A stretch of 64,000 nucleotides of DNA from Octopus bimaculoides (lineage: Eukaryota), in NCBI RefSeq assembly GCF_001194135.2, contig NC_068998.1, positions 7,260,562 through 7,324,561 of the forward strand, given 5' to 3'. Shown piece after piece: positions 1 to 12,410 of this stretch. Each line of letters begins with the position of its first letter. Within the stretch, counting starts at the first letter, position 1. Position numbers and translations under genes: made by a program. Below the pieces are notes generated by a model, which had not been told where the DNA came from, made no database searches, and saw only the letters and a program-made list of their open reading frames with translations.

Positions 1-864
1 GGATACATTCATGAGTGATGTAGTACTAGATTTCCACGAAGACATGATTGCCATAAAACAAACATATCTCTTCCTAGCTCTAACCTTCGGCTAATCAACA
101 ACATCCTATTGAGTAGAAAGCGGACTGAATCATTTGAAAAATAATTATCTTGGCCCACGAATATAAATACAGCAAAAAGGGACCACCTTTCAGCTGACTG
201 CTAATAACTCATGGAGACTGAATCCAGTTACGAATACATTTTTCTCCTGTTATAATTGAGCTAGCTTTTAAAGGAAAAGTGTATTTACTATAAACGAGAT
301 TGGATCTTTCGAGTAATAAATGTTTGGCCAACGGATATAAACGGAGTGCAGGTAATAAGATGCAAACTGACCATCTTCCAGCCGACTGCTAGTTACCCAA
401 TCGAATCCACCAAGTACACAATTGACTGCTGTTATACTGAGTTAACTTTTAAGGGATCAGTGTCTGTGTTGGTGTTTAGAGAGGAGCACGGGTGTAGCAA
501 CGCAGTAATCTGACACCCGATTCAATATTTTGCTCATTGATTATATAAAACGAAATATTTTATTGCCAAGTGATCTCCAGCTTCTCAGCTGTTATACTAT
601 TTTAACAAAAATCCATTAACTCTGCTTCTTTTCTCGTGCAATCAAAAATATGGAGAAGAATTTTACAGCTAACTCACTTCCCAAACGCATGCATATATAT
701 CCTAGCAAATTTCCGATATGAAATTCAGATATATCGAATATTTTTCTTTAATTTCCATTTTCATGACGTATAGTATCTAACTTCAACTTCTATTTGTTTT
801 GTTAATGATAATTCATTTCAATAATTTGAGTAACAACATTGTGAAATTAAATTCTGTTTGGGGT

Positions 865-927
865 TGCTGTTATCATCATCATCATCATCATCATTATTAT
901 TATTATTATTATTATTATTGTTGTTAC

Positions 928-1000
<73 letters not shown>
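865..1000. repeat. (ATC)n(ATT)n microsatellite
   Basis: Direct reading; it produces the poly-Y/poly-N ORFs at 799-1114. Confidence 0.97.
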
Positions 1001-1003
<3 letters not shown>

Positions 1004-1474
1004 ATTGTTGTTATAAAAATGAAAGCATTTGCTTACGTCATTTATTTTGGTTAACTCTGTTTCTAAACAAAGTTTTAAGCCTCCTCCGCTCAAATATAAA
1101 AGTTGGATTAACATAAAAACTCCTTTGGATCATGCTGTGATACAAACAACAGATGATTCACTTAAAGAAAATAATAATTTCTGACATAGGCATTGAATAG
1201 TTTCGGATTCGATCGCTCATAGCACTTATGTAATCTACTATATTATCAGGTTGACCAAAGTAATGTTGGTGGAAGACAAATAGAAAGGCAAATGGTTTTC
1301 TTCGATGATAGATTAAAACCTTCACCTGGTTTTTCATGCCTTCATATAATAGATTACGTCAGCTTCTATGGAGTGAGCTTCGATGTCAGCTTGTATGGAA
1401 ATTTCACGTGGATTTCGTAGGCAACCTCATTTTTTCGGTCTCAATTCGGTTATTTGCTTAGAACACAAGAAAAA

Positions 1475-1852
1475 GTGGAGGCAGAATGGACTAGTGGTTA
1501 GAGCAGCGGACTCGTAGTCGTGGGATCGCAGTTTCGATTCCCAGACCAGGCATTGTGAGTGTTTATTCAGCGAAAACACATAAAGCACCACGAGGCTCCG
1601 GCAGGAGGTGGTGGTGAACCCTGCTGTACTCTTTCACCACAACTTTCTCTCACTCTTTCTTCTTGTTTCTGTTGTACCTGTATTTCGAAGGGCCAGCCTT
1701 GTCACACTGTGTCACGCTGAATCTCTTCGAGAACTACGTTATGGGTACACGTGTCTGTGGAGTGCTCAGCCACTTGCACGTTAATTTCACGAGCAGGCTG
1801 TTACGTTGATTGGATCAACTGGAACCCTCGTCGTCGTAACCAACGGAGTGCC
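1475..1852 (+). mobile_element. tRNA-derived SINE, family A, near full length
   Basis: A-box-like TGGACTAGTGG and B-box-like GTTTCGATTCCC at the 5' end; closely matches copies at 21865-22259 (-) and 49422-49797 (+). Confidence 0.9.
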
Positions 1853-2274
1853 GTATTACCCAAGACAATTTACCAGTAACAAATCAATGCCCTATCCAAG
1901 ATACGGTTATACTTACGAGTAAGTAAATGTTAAGAAACCGACGTGAAGCAATGGTCATTCCGAGTCTCTATGGCTCTAAGTTGCATTTATATTGTCTAAA
2001 TTTTTCTTGGTGTAGTATGGGTTATACAAGTTTCTAATAGATTACAAAAGCATAAACAAAGAATAAATTCAAACGAATATTTTCTTTTATTTTTTCAGCG
2101 TGGTTTACTATCACAGTCTAGAATCATACAGTAGGATGGTTCTAGAAACAACAAAAGACAAATTTTGCAACTTTTAAAATTAATTATATTTTTGAATATC
2201 TGATGAGCAAAAATATTCATTTATTAAATACTGTCTGCTGCACTTTTCATTTGTAAATTGCATTAACAGCACAT

Positions 2275-2560
2275 GAAAAAAGAAATTGAATTATATATAT
2301 ATACATACACAAACGCATATACATATAACCATAAAGATAAATAAATGCATATATATATATACATATATGAACACACATATATATATACATACACACATAT
2401 ATATATATAGATGCATACACACACCCATATATATATATATATACTCATGATATGCATATATTCGTGTGTGTATACATGAATGTATGCACATATGCATTCA
2501 CACGTATATACATAAAAATACAAGCGTACACATGCATATATTCTCATTTATATACATACA
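2275..2560. repeat. Degenerate (TA)/(CA) low-complexity tract
   Basis: Direct reading. Confidence 0.85.
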
Positions 2561-2801
2561 TACAAATTAGATATTCTTAAAACATGCTCACAGTGATACA
2601 GCGAAGTTTGTATTCGTTAAACTTCATCATGAACAAATGAAATTATTAAAACTACTCAGTTTCTGACACTCATTAATTACATAGTTACTTCCAGATAAAC
2701 TCGGAACTCGCTCTCTTCTGTCTCCTTTCTCATTACTGAAGCAAAGGATACCGAACCAGGTCTACCAAGAGCCTTCTCTCAGAAGACACGGAGAGATAAT
2801 T

Positions 2802-2841
<40 letters not shown>

Positions 2842-3873
2842 AAGAAGTCGTGGAGAGAGGGTTAGAAGTTGTAGAGAAAGAGAGAGGGGGTAAGGCAGAA
2901 AGGAGGAGAGAGGGGACAGATGGAACGAGATAGAACTGGCTCTAGTCTTGCTTCTTCCGTAGTCCTTATAGAATTTAAGTGTCATCTCGACTGCCAACTA
3001 TACGATAAATATACAGAGACAAATGCGATTTCACTGTTGGATTTCTTTCAAACTTCACATTGTTAGCGCGGTTGCTTGCCATGAATGGAGGTATGATTCG
3101 GCTCCCATGGTAGGATCTTTACCTTTAAGTTTTATTTGTAGATGTCTTTTCTTCGTATTCATAACACTGTGTAACACGATTTCTGTCCTTGGGCCGCAAC
3201 TGTTATTTTGTCTTTGCTTACCCCAAGAAAGTATGAAAAACGGCTAATATTTCCTTTCAAACTGCTTTTGTTACATTCATTCAAACTCCAAACAATCCCT
3301 CTCAACATATGACTATGGCGCTCCCCCACAACTCTTGCTCAGGATCAGAGATACACATATTGTCAGCCATTAAGGGTTTTGGGATGAATCAGCGCTATAA
3401 AGTCCACGTCTCACAACCACAGAGGAAGGTGGAAACGGTTGGCTTGGTTTCTTGTTTCCGACGACACGCTGAAAGAATTTCTTGGAGTTATATTGTCATA
3501 TCGCGTATATGCACACACAAACACAGACCAGACAAAGTCATTCATCAAAAATGCTTCGAATTGAGTAAAAAAAAGAAAGAAAAGGAAACGTTGAGAAAGC
3601 GAAGCCAAAAACTGTTGCAAAGAGCGTGATTCTATTACCACTGAAACAATGAAACTGAGAAATTAAAATTGAGCAAAACATATAGAATACTGCAGTAGCA
3701 AGAACAATAACCATAACTACCATATCTGTATTGGTATTTTTGTTTTTTGTTTCCGTCTGTTTCGCACGACGATTGGTCTTCTCAGAGATCAACGCCACGA
3801 ACGTGAAAGAACCACACAATCAGAGGCGTATTAACATTCTCGGACACGAGAAACAACAGACAACGGAACGTAA

Positions 3874-3932
<59 letters not shown>

Positions 3933-4203
3933 ATATATATTTATATATATATANNNNNNNNNNNNNNNNNNNNNNNNNNNNNNNNNNNNNNNNNNNNNNN
4001 NNNNNNNNNNNNNNNNNNNNNNNNNNNNNNNNNNNNNNNNNNNNNNNNNNNNNNNNNNNNNNNNNNNNNNNNNNNNNNNNNNNNNNNNNNNNNNNNNNNN
4101 NNNNNNNNNNNNNNNNNNNNNNNNNNNNNNNNNNNNNNNNNNNNNNNNNNNNNNNNNNNNNNNNNNNNNNNNNNNNNNNNNNNNNNNNNNNNNNNNNNNN
4201 NNN

Positions 4204-4258
<55 letters not shown>

Positions 4259-4473
4259 GTGTATATGTGAATGCATTTATGTAAGCATGTATGTATTCGT
4301 GCGTATGTTTATGCATGGAAGTATTGTCTTTGCGCATGACATGGAAGAAATATATACACACTGTAAATTACGGCTTAATGCAATATAATTCAATCTAATC
4401 ACGATCAATGGAATCACTCAGATACAACACTCAGAAGAATACACATCCATCCACACATAGAAGCATATGTATA

Positions 4474-4534
<61 letters not shown>

Positions 4535-4669
4535 NNNNNNNNNNTATATATATACTTATATACATATATATATACATATATATATATACCTATATATATA
4601 CATATATATATACATAAATATATATATACACACAGACATTCGTCTATGTACACACCCATAGACACACGC

Positions 4670-4702
<33 letters not shown>

Positions 4703-4750
4703 CATGTACGTATGTAGATATAAATCCACGCATACATGCATAAATATATA
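3874..4750. repeat. Compound (ATCT)n/(AT)n/(AC)n microsatellites around N gaps (3954-4203, 4534-4543)
   Basis: Direct reading. Confidence 0.95.
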
Positions 4751-5878
4751 CATTCATACAGCCATAAACACTAAATACAATGAACATACAAAACGAGACA
4801 TTGCACAGTCGTAGATAGAATATACACGTTCAAAGAGATATCAATCAACAACATTTTATAAGTTCTTTTGATTTGTGGTTTCACAGATTGCAGCAGTTAA
4901 AAAACTTTTTTTTTTTTTAAATTTATTTATCGGAAATAATTAAATTAGTAGGAAATATATGTAGTCTCTTGTCTGGCAGCGATAGAACCCAATCGATTAG
5001 AGCCAAATTAGAATACACTGCTTTACCCAACAACATCAACAACAACAACTTTCGTCTAAATCTGTTTTACACTATCGAATCTCACAATTAAATTTCACAT
5101 TAACGTTGATACGATATTCTTGCAAGGAATTTTTAAGGTTTTCTGATCTCATTGTTTGCCAATCTCATCAATGCATCAGCTTAAAGTTTTATTTCCTATA
5201 ACTTTATTAGTGTTTTCTATCCATCTATCTCGTTTCTATCAGGACACTCAATTATTTCCCTACCTCTTTTCTTTACATTTTACTTTTTGTTTCCTGATAT
5301 TATTAATGTTTTTTTTTCTTGTTTTATTCTTTGTTTTAGTTCTAACCAAATGGTAACTTTATTCTCTTCTATTCTTCACAGGTTTCCTATTATATTCTAT
5401 CTATCTTTATCTCACTTTCTGTTTTCTACAAATTCAATAAAGTACTAATGCAAAATTCCGGTTTGCAAAAGTCTTTGATTCTTAGCCTGCAGGAATCGCC
5501 TTTCTATAACCGTTAAAACGCAAACTTAAAAGACTAAATTTAAATGCACGCATCATATATCACCATGGTCCAAATTTGTATACTACAGATATATTTTTAA
5601 AGATATCAATTTTCTCCTAGGTTATCATCTTTCAAATGTCAAGCCGTGTTATCTCTAAAGCTTTCATTTCAGAATAGATTCCTATGGACAACTCTATGGA
5701 AACACCAAAAACTTCGAAATCAACTATTAAATCCAATTTTCTTTCATCCTTTTTTCTCTGCTTCCTTTCTCTACTCATAATTACAGCATGAAGATATATA
5801 AAGAATATAAAGTAACCAAATATTGATTAGTGCCATGGACACAACACCAGACATTTTGGGAGAGAGAACGGTCACGTA

Positions 5879-6111
5879 CAGGGTGGCCCAAAAGTTGGTT
5901 TACAGTTACAACGCAGGAACTTTTCTTTTAAAACATTTTATTACATTTAAATTTCTATTGTACAAACTGAAAAGTGAGCTTGACAAAACTAACTAAATTA
6001 TACATAGAATAATGACTTCATACTTTTTTTTATAATTCAGATCTAAACTGTCAATATATGAATGCGAAAGAGATAGTTGAATAACTGTAAACCTACTTTT
6101 GGGCCACCCTG
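5879..6111. mobile_element. Tc1/mariner-type MITE (233 bp)
   Basis: 30-bp terminal inverted repeats CAGGGTGGCCCAAAAGT(T/A)GGTTTACAGTTA with 1 mismatch; TA on both flanks (5877-5878, 6112-6113). Confidence 0.9.
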
Positions 6112-6114
6112 TAT

Positions 6115-6368
6115 ATCGACTTCAGCATTTGCCCGGTATTTATTTTATAAATCAGAACGATGAAAGGCAAAACTGAACTCAGAGTGATTTGAACGCAGGA
6201 AAGAAGAGTCGCAAATGAATGCTACAGGGTGTCCACAAAGTCTGGGTACATGGGGATTAATACATACTTTAAGAAATTATTATTTCTTATATTTAATTGT
6301 TTATGTTATGATTTTATTTACTCCATGTACCCAGACTTTGTAGACACCCTGTATAATGCACCGCCTTC
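6115..6368 (-). mobile_element. Decayed family B SINE interrupted by a MITE
   Basis: Contains GATGAAAGGCAAAACTGAACTCAG...GATTTGAAC; the head end CCGCCTT resumes after the MITE. Confidence 0.6.
6225..6351. mobile_element. Tc1/mariner-type MITE (127 bp)
   Basis: ~28-bp TIRs CAGGGTGTC(C/T)ACAAAGTCTGGGTACATGG; TA on both flanks (6223-6224, 6352-6353). Confidence 0.9.
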
Positions 6369-7046
6369 AAAGTAACTAAACATTCTTTAACTGTTACTGT
6401 ATATATTTGTCTACTCTGAGTGAATATAGACGGTTACTGTAGAGTTCTTACAAACCTACTACATCCAGGACTATACGTAAACATCCTATACATATCTCCT
6501 ATTCCGAGGTGGGGTGTGTGCTAACAAACCCGCCGAAACCATAAACACGGTCTGCGTTCAAAGTTTTATCACTTTTAACAAGAAAATAGATATAACAAAC
6601 AATGACAAAAAACTTTCTAGCAATCCCTGCAGATTCTTTGAAGAATACGGTGATGAAGATAATAAATGGTGATGAGGAAGAAGAAGAAGAAGAAGAAGAA
6701 GAAGAAAAGGATAATTTTAGTGATAACAATGCCTTAAATCTTTATTAAATCTTAAATTCAATTTCTACATGAAGTGAATTATTTGATGCGATAATTTTTC
6801 AAAAGTGATTACTTTCTTTTCTCACGAGGCCACCGTATTTCAAATAATAATGGAATGAAAAAGTGAACTTCGTCTTATATGAAAGAAATCTTCAAAAGTA
6901 GGATGAGTCTGCGGATGGTCCAGTGAGACGTAAGACTGAAAACTTAAGATGCGATATGAATGAAAAGAAAAATGCTGTTTTTGCTCATCGAGGTATAGTA
7001 AAGCGCTACTGTCGTAGTAGTTATCCTTATAACTGTTGTTGTTTTA

Positions 7047-7460
7047 AAGGCGGCGAGCTAACAGTATCCTTATCGTGCCGGGTAAAAATACTTAACGGCA
7101 TTTGGTCCGTCTTAACGATCTGAGTTCAAATTCTGCCGAGATCTGCTTTAACTTTCATCTCTTTCAGGGTCAATAAAATGAGTACAAGTTGAGCAATGGG
7201 GTCGATGAAATTGATTAGTCCCTTCCCCCCAAAATTTCAGACCTTGTGCCTTTAGTATAAAGGGTTATTATAATTATTGCTGCTTATAAAGGTAGCGAAC
7301 TGGTAGTATCGTTACCGCACCAGGTAGAACGCTTAGCGGTATTTTGTCAGCCATTACGTTCTGAGTTCAAAGTCGACTTTGCTTTTCAACCTTTCTGGGT
7401 TGATAAAATCAGTACCATTTGAACGCTAGGATCAATTTAATTGATTTAGCCCCCAACATA
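7047..7460 (+). mobile_element. Two head-to-tail decayed family B SINEs (7047-7262, 7289-7460)
   Basis: Each has an AAGG(C/T)(G/A)GCGA head, a TCTGAGTTCAAA B-box region and a GATAAAA-T-AGTAC core. Confidence 0.8.
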
Positions 7461-8820
7461 TAATTTGAAAGAGGAAACGGTTGACGCTTGCTTCCACTCC
7501 GTAACCTTCATCGGGTTCCTCGACGAAAGTGATGAAGCCGAATCTTCCAAGTAACTATGAACCTTTTTTTTTTCCTTATGAAAATTGTGGGTTTACATAA
7601 TCACGGTTCTTTCCTTATCGTTTACGTAGTAAAGATCTGTGTTTGAAAATAAATTATTTTGTCCTAATGGATTAACATTGAAATAAAGAGCTTGAAATAT
7701 GTTATCTACAGTAAATTCCTAGATTTGTTACAAGTAGCTTAAATATACCTTCAAAAATAAATAAATAAATAAGTTACATTTACTATTGGATTAATTGGGT
7801 GCATAGCCTTGAAAATTGCTTACTTTCAACTTGAGAGAAACGGAATATCATTGGTAAATTAAGTTGATAAATTAAGTCTCCTTAAAAGCTTTAGCAGTGA
7901 GAAACGATACGTCATAGAATATAGAAATTCTAAATAAAGAAAAATATATAGAACACACACACACACATAATATATATATACTAAAGAAGTAAAATGTTTG
8001 CAAACAAAACTAAATGTCTTTCGTTTACGAGAGTTTGTTTGTACAGTTATAATTTCCCTGTCGACTTAAATAAATCTAATAATAAAGGTAAGATAACACT
8101 TTAAATTCATTTGAAATGCACGGTCTGGCGTGTTTTTGTATCGATTCACTGTCGTAGAGTATCTTATACAAATACACTTCCTATTTTTTTTCCGAAATTT
8201 TATATAATAATAATAAAAATAAAAAAAATATTTGTTAATCACAAACAATTTTTTTTAACGATTGGTTTCTAACTAAATAACGTTTAAGAAAAATACAGCA
8301 AAATTTAAAAAGTAAAATAAAACAGCTCTCAAAATACACATATATGTGTGTGTTTTCCAATACAGTATCTTTTTTTTTTCTCTCTCTCTTTTTTAATTTA
8401 TCGAAATTTCTTGTTGATTCCGTTATTCTGTTTTCGAGTTTGAGTACATTATAAATTAAGATAGCTGAAATATCATATACAGTCTGTGAACTGGATATCC
8501 TCCTTATTATCAACTTTGCTAAACGTTTTTTTTTTAATTCATTCACTTATTTAGTTAATTTTGTATTTATATATAAGCTTGTCAAATGAGAAAGGACAGA
8601 TATCCACAACCTTCATAAAACTGTACCAGATTGGCGACCATCAACAGAAAAGGCGAGGATGCAGAGGAGGGAACTGTAATCTACACAGAAATCTTGCAAC
8701 AGACTGAAGTGTGCTAAATACATCTGAAGACTAGTTTAGTGGCAGTTAGCTGAACTGTACAGTGTATATCTCTCCTGCCATACATACATACATACATACA
8801 TACGATTACATGCATGCATA

Positions 8821-8960
8821 CGAGGGTGTACTGAAAAGTTCCTGGCTTTGCGTAAAACAAAACGCAAGAGGATCAGTTATTTATAAATGACACACTTATT
8901 GCAGTGGTCCTTCAGTTTTCCTAAGCTCTGTAAAAGAACTCAGAAGTTTGGGCCTCGAAG
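8821..8960. mobile_element. Mariner-like terminal fragment
   Basis: Begins TA|CGAGGGTGTACTGAAAAGT, resembling mariner TIR starts; the same motif recurs at 63762-63779. Confidence 0.5.
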
Positions 8961-9073
8961 AGCTTTATGTGTTTTCGCTCAATAAACACTCACAACACCC
9001 GGTCTGGGAATCGAAACCGCGATCCTACGACTGCGAGTCCGCTGCCCTAATCACTGGGCCATTGTGCCTCCAC
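8961..9073 (-). mobile_element. Family A SINE 5' fragment
   Basis: Matches the head of 21865-22259. Confidence 0.85.
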
Positions 9074-9113
9074 TACTGCAATAGTAATTGATAAATGGAA
9101 ACAAAGAAAAGAA

Positions 9114-9151
<38 letters not shown>

Positions 9152-10564
9152 CCTTCCATACTGTTAAAAGGTCATGGGACAACAGGTTTGGGGATCTGAC
9201 GATACGCCATAAAGCTAAAGCTTTTATGGGCGGAAAACCGAAGGCAATCCCATAAATCGGCCTTCTCCGTTTTTAATATCTATATAAATAGACGCAGTAG
9301 TCTATTATTATATTTTGAGTAACAATACAAATATGTCTCCACGTGAAACAAAATGTAAAATAAATAAATAAAAGAACAACACTTAGCCCGCATGTATCGG
9401 CAAAAAACAAATGTTAAACTAATGCATTCGAACAGAACTATCTGGTGCTGTTTATTATATTCGACAGACAACTCTCTTATTCTTGTAATCGGAATAACAG
9501 TGAACCAGTGGCCGACTCGCTGAAAACTTAAAATCCAACAACGGTCTTATTCTGAAATTACATTGTATACATAAATAAGTTGAGGAGCAAATGACTAGTG
9601 TTTCACAAAAAAGAACACTTACTTTGAATTATTTTCAGTTTTGCAAATTGAAATGTTTAAGAATTTTTTCTTCTGTATTTTGTTTCCTTTTTTTTATGAC
9701 TCTAGTGCGAATATACTTGCGTTAACTTGCGACATTTTAATGACATGTTTACGAATTAAAATTCTGTGGAGTTTTCGTTTAAAAAAAAAGAAAAAAGAAA
9801 ATGTAATGAACAAATAAATAAAATTAAAAAAATAAAGAAATGCTATCTAATTTTCGAGCAAGGATATAATCAGCCATAAATTTCGTTCTAAAATAGATGT
9901 GCATGTTAAAGTATAATCATTGAGTTGTGTCAAATAGTTTAGTTTAATTCAGTTCAGGTTTCTCGTAACTGAATACACAGTAGAACGACAATGAATTGCG
10001 CAAATTGATGGGGGTAAAGCTACAGCAGAAACAGAAATTAATAAATATCATTTAATAAATGCAATTACTAACTATTGACTGATAAATATAGAGAGCAGAC
10101 AGAAAATAGTATCGTAATTATGTGTAATTATATGGAAAACCAGAAACCTATTTTGTACACATACACTCTGTTTTAGTTGTAGGATGAGGTGTTAGCAATT
10201 GTACTGCTATAGAAGAACTAAGTATTTTTGAGCTTGGGCATATGGTTCGAATGCGCTTGCAAGATAAACAGTTAGTGATTTACCAGTGGCGAAGTGTCAG
10301 ACGATAAACGTTGTAGCTATGAGTATTGAAAATGCCGAAACGCATGATTCACGAATGTAACTATACACTTCTTCTTCATTTACCAAATGTAAATTATATC
10401 CGAGAGACAGAATTAATTGCAGGTGCCGATGGGTCTTTTGTTTGAACTAAATGCAAGTGGCGGAGTAGTCTACAGGCTCCTGTTCCCTTAGTATAAATCC
10501 TCAGAGAGAATGAGCATGATAAGTTACGCGATAAGAATCCGAACTTTGAATAAAAAATATAGTC

Positions 10565-10718
10565 CACCAGATTGGCTTCGCCAGTTTCCGTCAGCTCAAT
10601 TTCGCTCTAAATGGCTTGACTTGGTTATGGTAAAGATACCCGCTCAAGGTGCTATGCAGTGGAATCAAACCCGGAACATCACTGTTGCGATGCGACCAAC
10701 TTAACCCCTTAGCCACAA
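10565..10718 (-). mobile_element. Decayed family C SINE head
   Basis: CAGTTTCCGTC...CAAGGTGCTATGCAGTGGAATCAAACCCGGAAC aligns with 26870-27000. Confidence 0.6.
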
Positions 10719-11682
10719 CTGTATCTGCAGCCAGACTGCACGACTCTTTTGACAGTAACTCACTTGAGACAGTCCCTTGTTCTATGATACAAACGTCCTG
10801 TTTTACACTGCTCTTATTTAAAACCTTCAGTCAACGTGAATATGTTCCAAATACCCGCTTAATAAGGATAGTTTCTTTAATTTTCGTAAATGCTACGTTA
10901 TTTTCAAAATTAATTGAAACAAAATGTATTTCAACAGAAATATAGGAACAAAAGTGTTAAATGAGAGGGAAAAAGAAATCCACGCAACTAGTGGAATACA
11001 AAGCTATATTTACAACAGGCCAAATACCATCCCTTCTAACACAAATAAGATACAACGAAAGAGTTTGTACATTGTAGGTTAAGATTAACAAATATCGCTT
11101 TCATATCGCACGCTGCCATTTTGGAAAAGGACAGGTCTGAATAAAAAAGATATCTTGGTCATGACTGTGACACCTTTGACCAAATGTCTGTTTGGTCAAG
11201 GATGATCTGAAGCTAAACAACAATAACAGCAGCAGATAAAAAGCCCGCTGATGGAATTCGTTCTTAAAATAGTGAAATATTGCTTCGTGTCACCGAAAAA
11301 AGAAGGGGGCGGACAACTCACTGATAAATATTGATATCACAACAGATTAAGAAAAATTTAAATAGGTTTTCTGTTGGTTTAAAGATTCAAAGATTACAGA
11401 AACGGTGTGATAATCAATCATAATTCTAATTTTGTCGAGAACAATGCCAGAAGTTACTAATAAATTATCATCTAATATAAGTCTCCAGCACACATGTACA
11501 CAAACAGCTTTGGTTGCGATAAACTTCTGAATGCCGATGGTTTGGTTGGTTATATATCTTAGAATTCTTTAAGGCAAACAATAAATGAAGAAAATATGAT
11601 TGCGATAACAATTGAAAATGTCTAATGAGTGATGTTCTGTGTGTGTTTCTTAGTTTCTTAATGCCTGTACACTTCTATCTAT

Positions 11683-11918
11683 CTAATTTCTTTATTGCCC
11701 ACAAGGGGCTAAACATAGAGGGGACAAACAAGGACAGACAAAGGGATTAAGTCGATTACATCGACCCCAGTGCGTAACTGGTACTTAATTTATCGACCCC
11801 GAAAGGATGAAAGGCAAAGTCGACCTCGGCGGAATTTGAACTCAGAACGCAGTGGCAGACGAAATACCGCTAAGCAGTTCGCCCGGTGTGCTAACATTTC
11901 TGCCAGCTCGCCGCCTTT
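11683..11918 (-). mobile_element. tRNA-derived SINE, family B, full length, low divergence (tail type 1)
   Basis: Minus strand reads GGCGGCGAGCTGGCAGAA (A box)...GAGTTCAAATTCC (B box)...GGGGTCGATAAATTAAGTACCAG...CCCCTTGTGGGCAATAAAGAAATT; matches 54782-54990. Confidence 0.93.
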
Positions 11919-11920
11919 AT

Positions 11921-12039
11921 GCTTACAGCACCTAGGGTTCCCAAGCGGTCACCCATCTAAGTACTAACTAGGCTCGATGTTGCTTAACTTCGGTGATCGG
12001 ACGAGAACCGGTGCTTTCAACGTGATATGGCCGATAAGC
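11921..12039 (-). rRNA. 5S rRNA sequence (solitary retrocopy or pseudogene, or part of a composite SINE)
   Basis: Minus strand is GCTTA(T)CGGCCATATCACGTTGAAAGCACCGGTTCTCGTCCGATCACCGAAGTTAAGCAACATCGAGCCTAGTTAGTACTTAGATGGGTGACCGCTTGGGAACCCTAGGTGCTGTAAGC (119 nt). This is recognisable metazoan 5S with helix I ends pairing. It has one extra base in helix I and no downstream T-run terminator. Confidence 0.95.
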
Positions 12040-12085
12040 ATTTCACCCGGCGTGCTAACCACTCTGCCAGCTCACCGCGTTTACG
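12040..12085 (-). mobile_element. Family B SINE head (A-box part only) fused to the 5S 5' end
   Basis: Minus strand GCGGTGAGCTGGCAGAGTGGTTAGCACGCCGGGTGAAAT runs directly into GCTTA. Confidence 0.88.
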
Positions 12086-12139
12086 CTTCTATCTATTTAT
12101 CCCCGAACCGAGCAATGCTTTGTAAGTTAATTTAGTTGA

Positions 12140-12410
12140 CTGGAACTCTGTCGAAGCCCATCGTGTATTTATGTGTATCATTGTCTACATGTCTATGTGT
12201 TTGCCCTCCCACCACGAAACGACCAGTATCGGTTTGTTTGCGTCCCTTTACTTTTGGTGAAGGATACCGGTAAAATAAATACCAGTCTAAAACACGCACA
12301 CGCACACGCACACACCAAATAAAAAATAAGTATTAAGGTCGATTTGTTTGACTAAAATCTTGAAGGTGGTGCTTCAGCATGGCCGCAATCCAATGACTCT
12401 AAAGAAGTAA
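12140..12410 (+). mobile_element. Decayed 3' part of a family C SINE
   Basis: GTCGATTTGTTTGACTAAA...GGTGGTGCTTCAGCATGGCCGCA matches the family C tail. Confidence 0.65.

Noticed and set aside
3538-3819. Hydrophobic minus-strand ORF resembling GPCR TM6-TM7
   Set aside because: No CWxP or NPxxY-type motif; T-rich strands give hydrophobic peptides by chance.
10315-10350. CTATGAGTAT...ATGCCGAAACGC hammerhead-like string
   Set aside because: Core lacks G5 and no cleavage triplet or stem I is evident.
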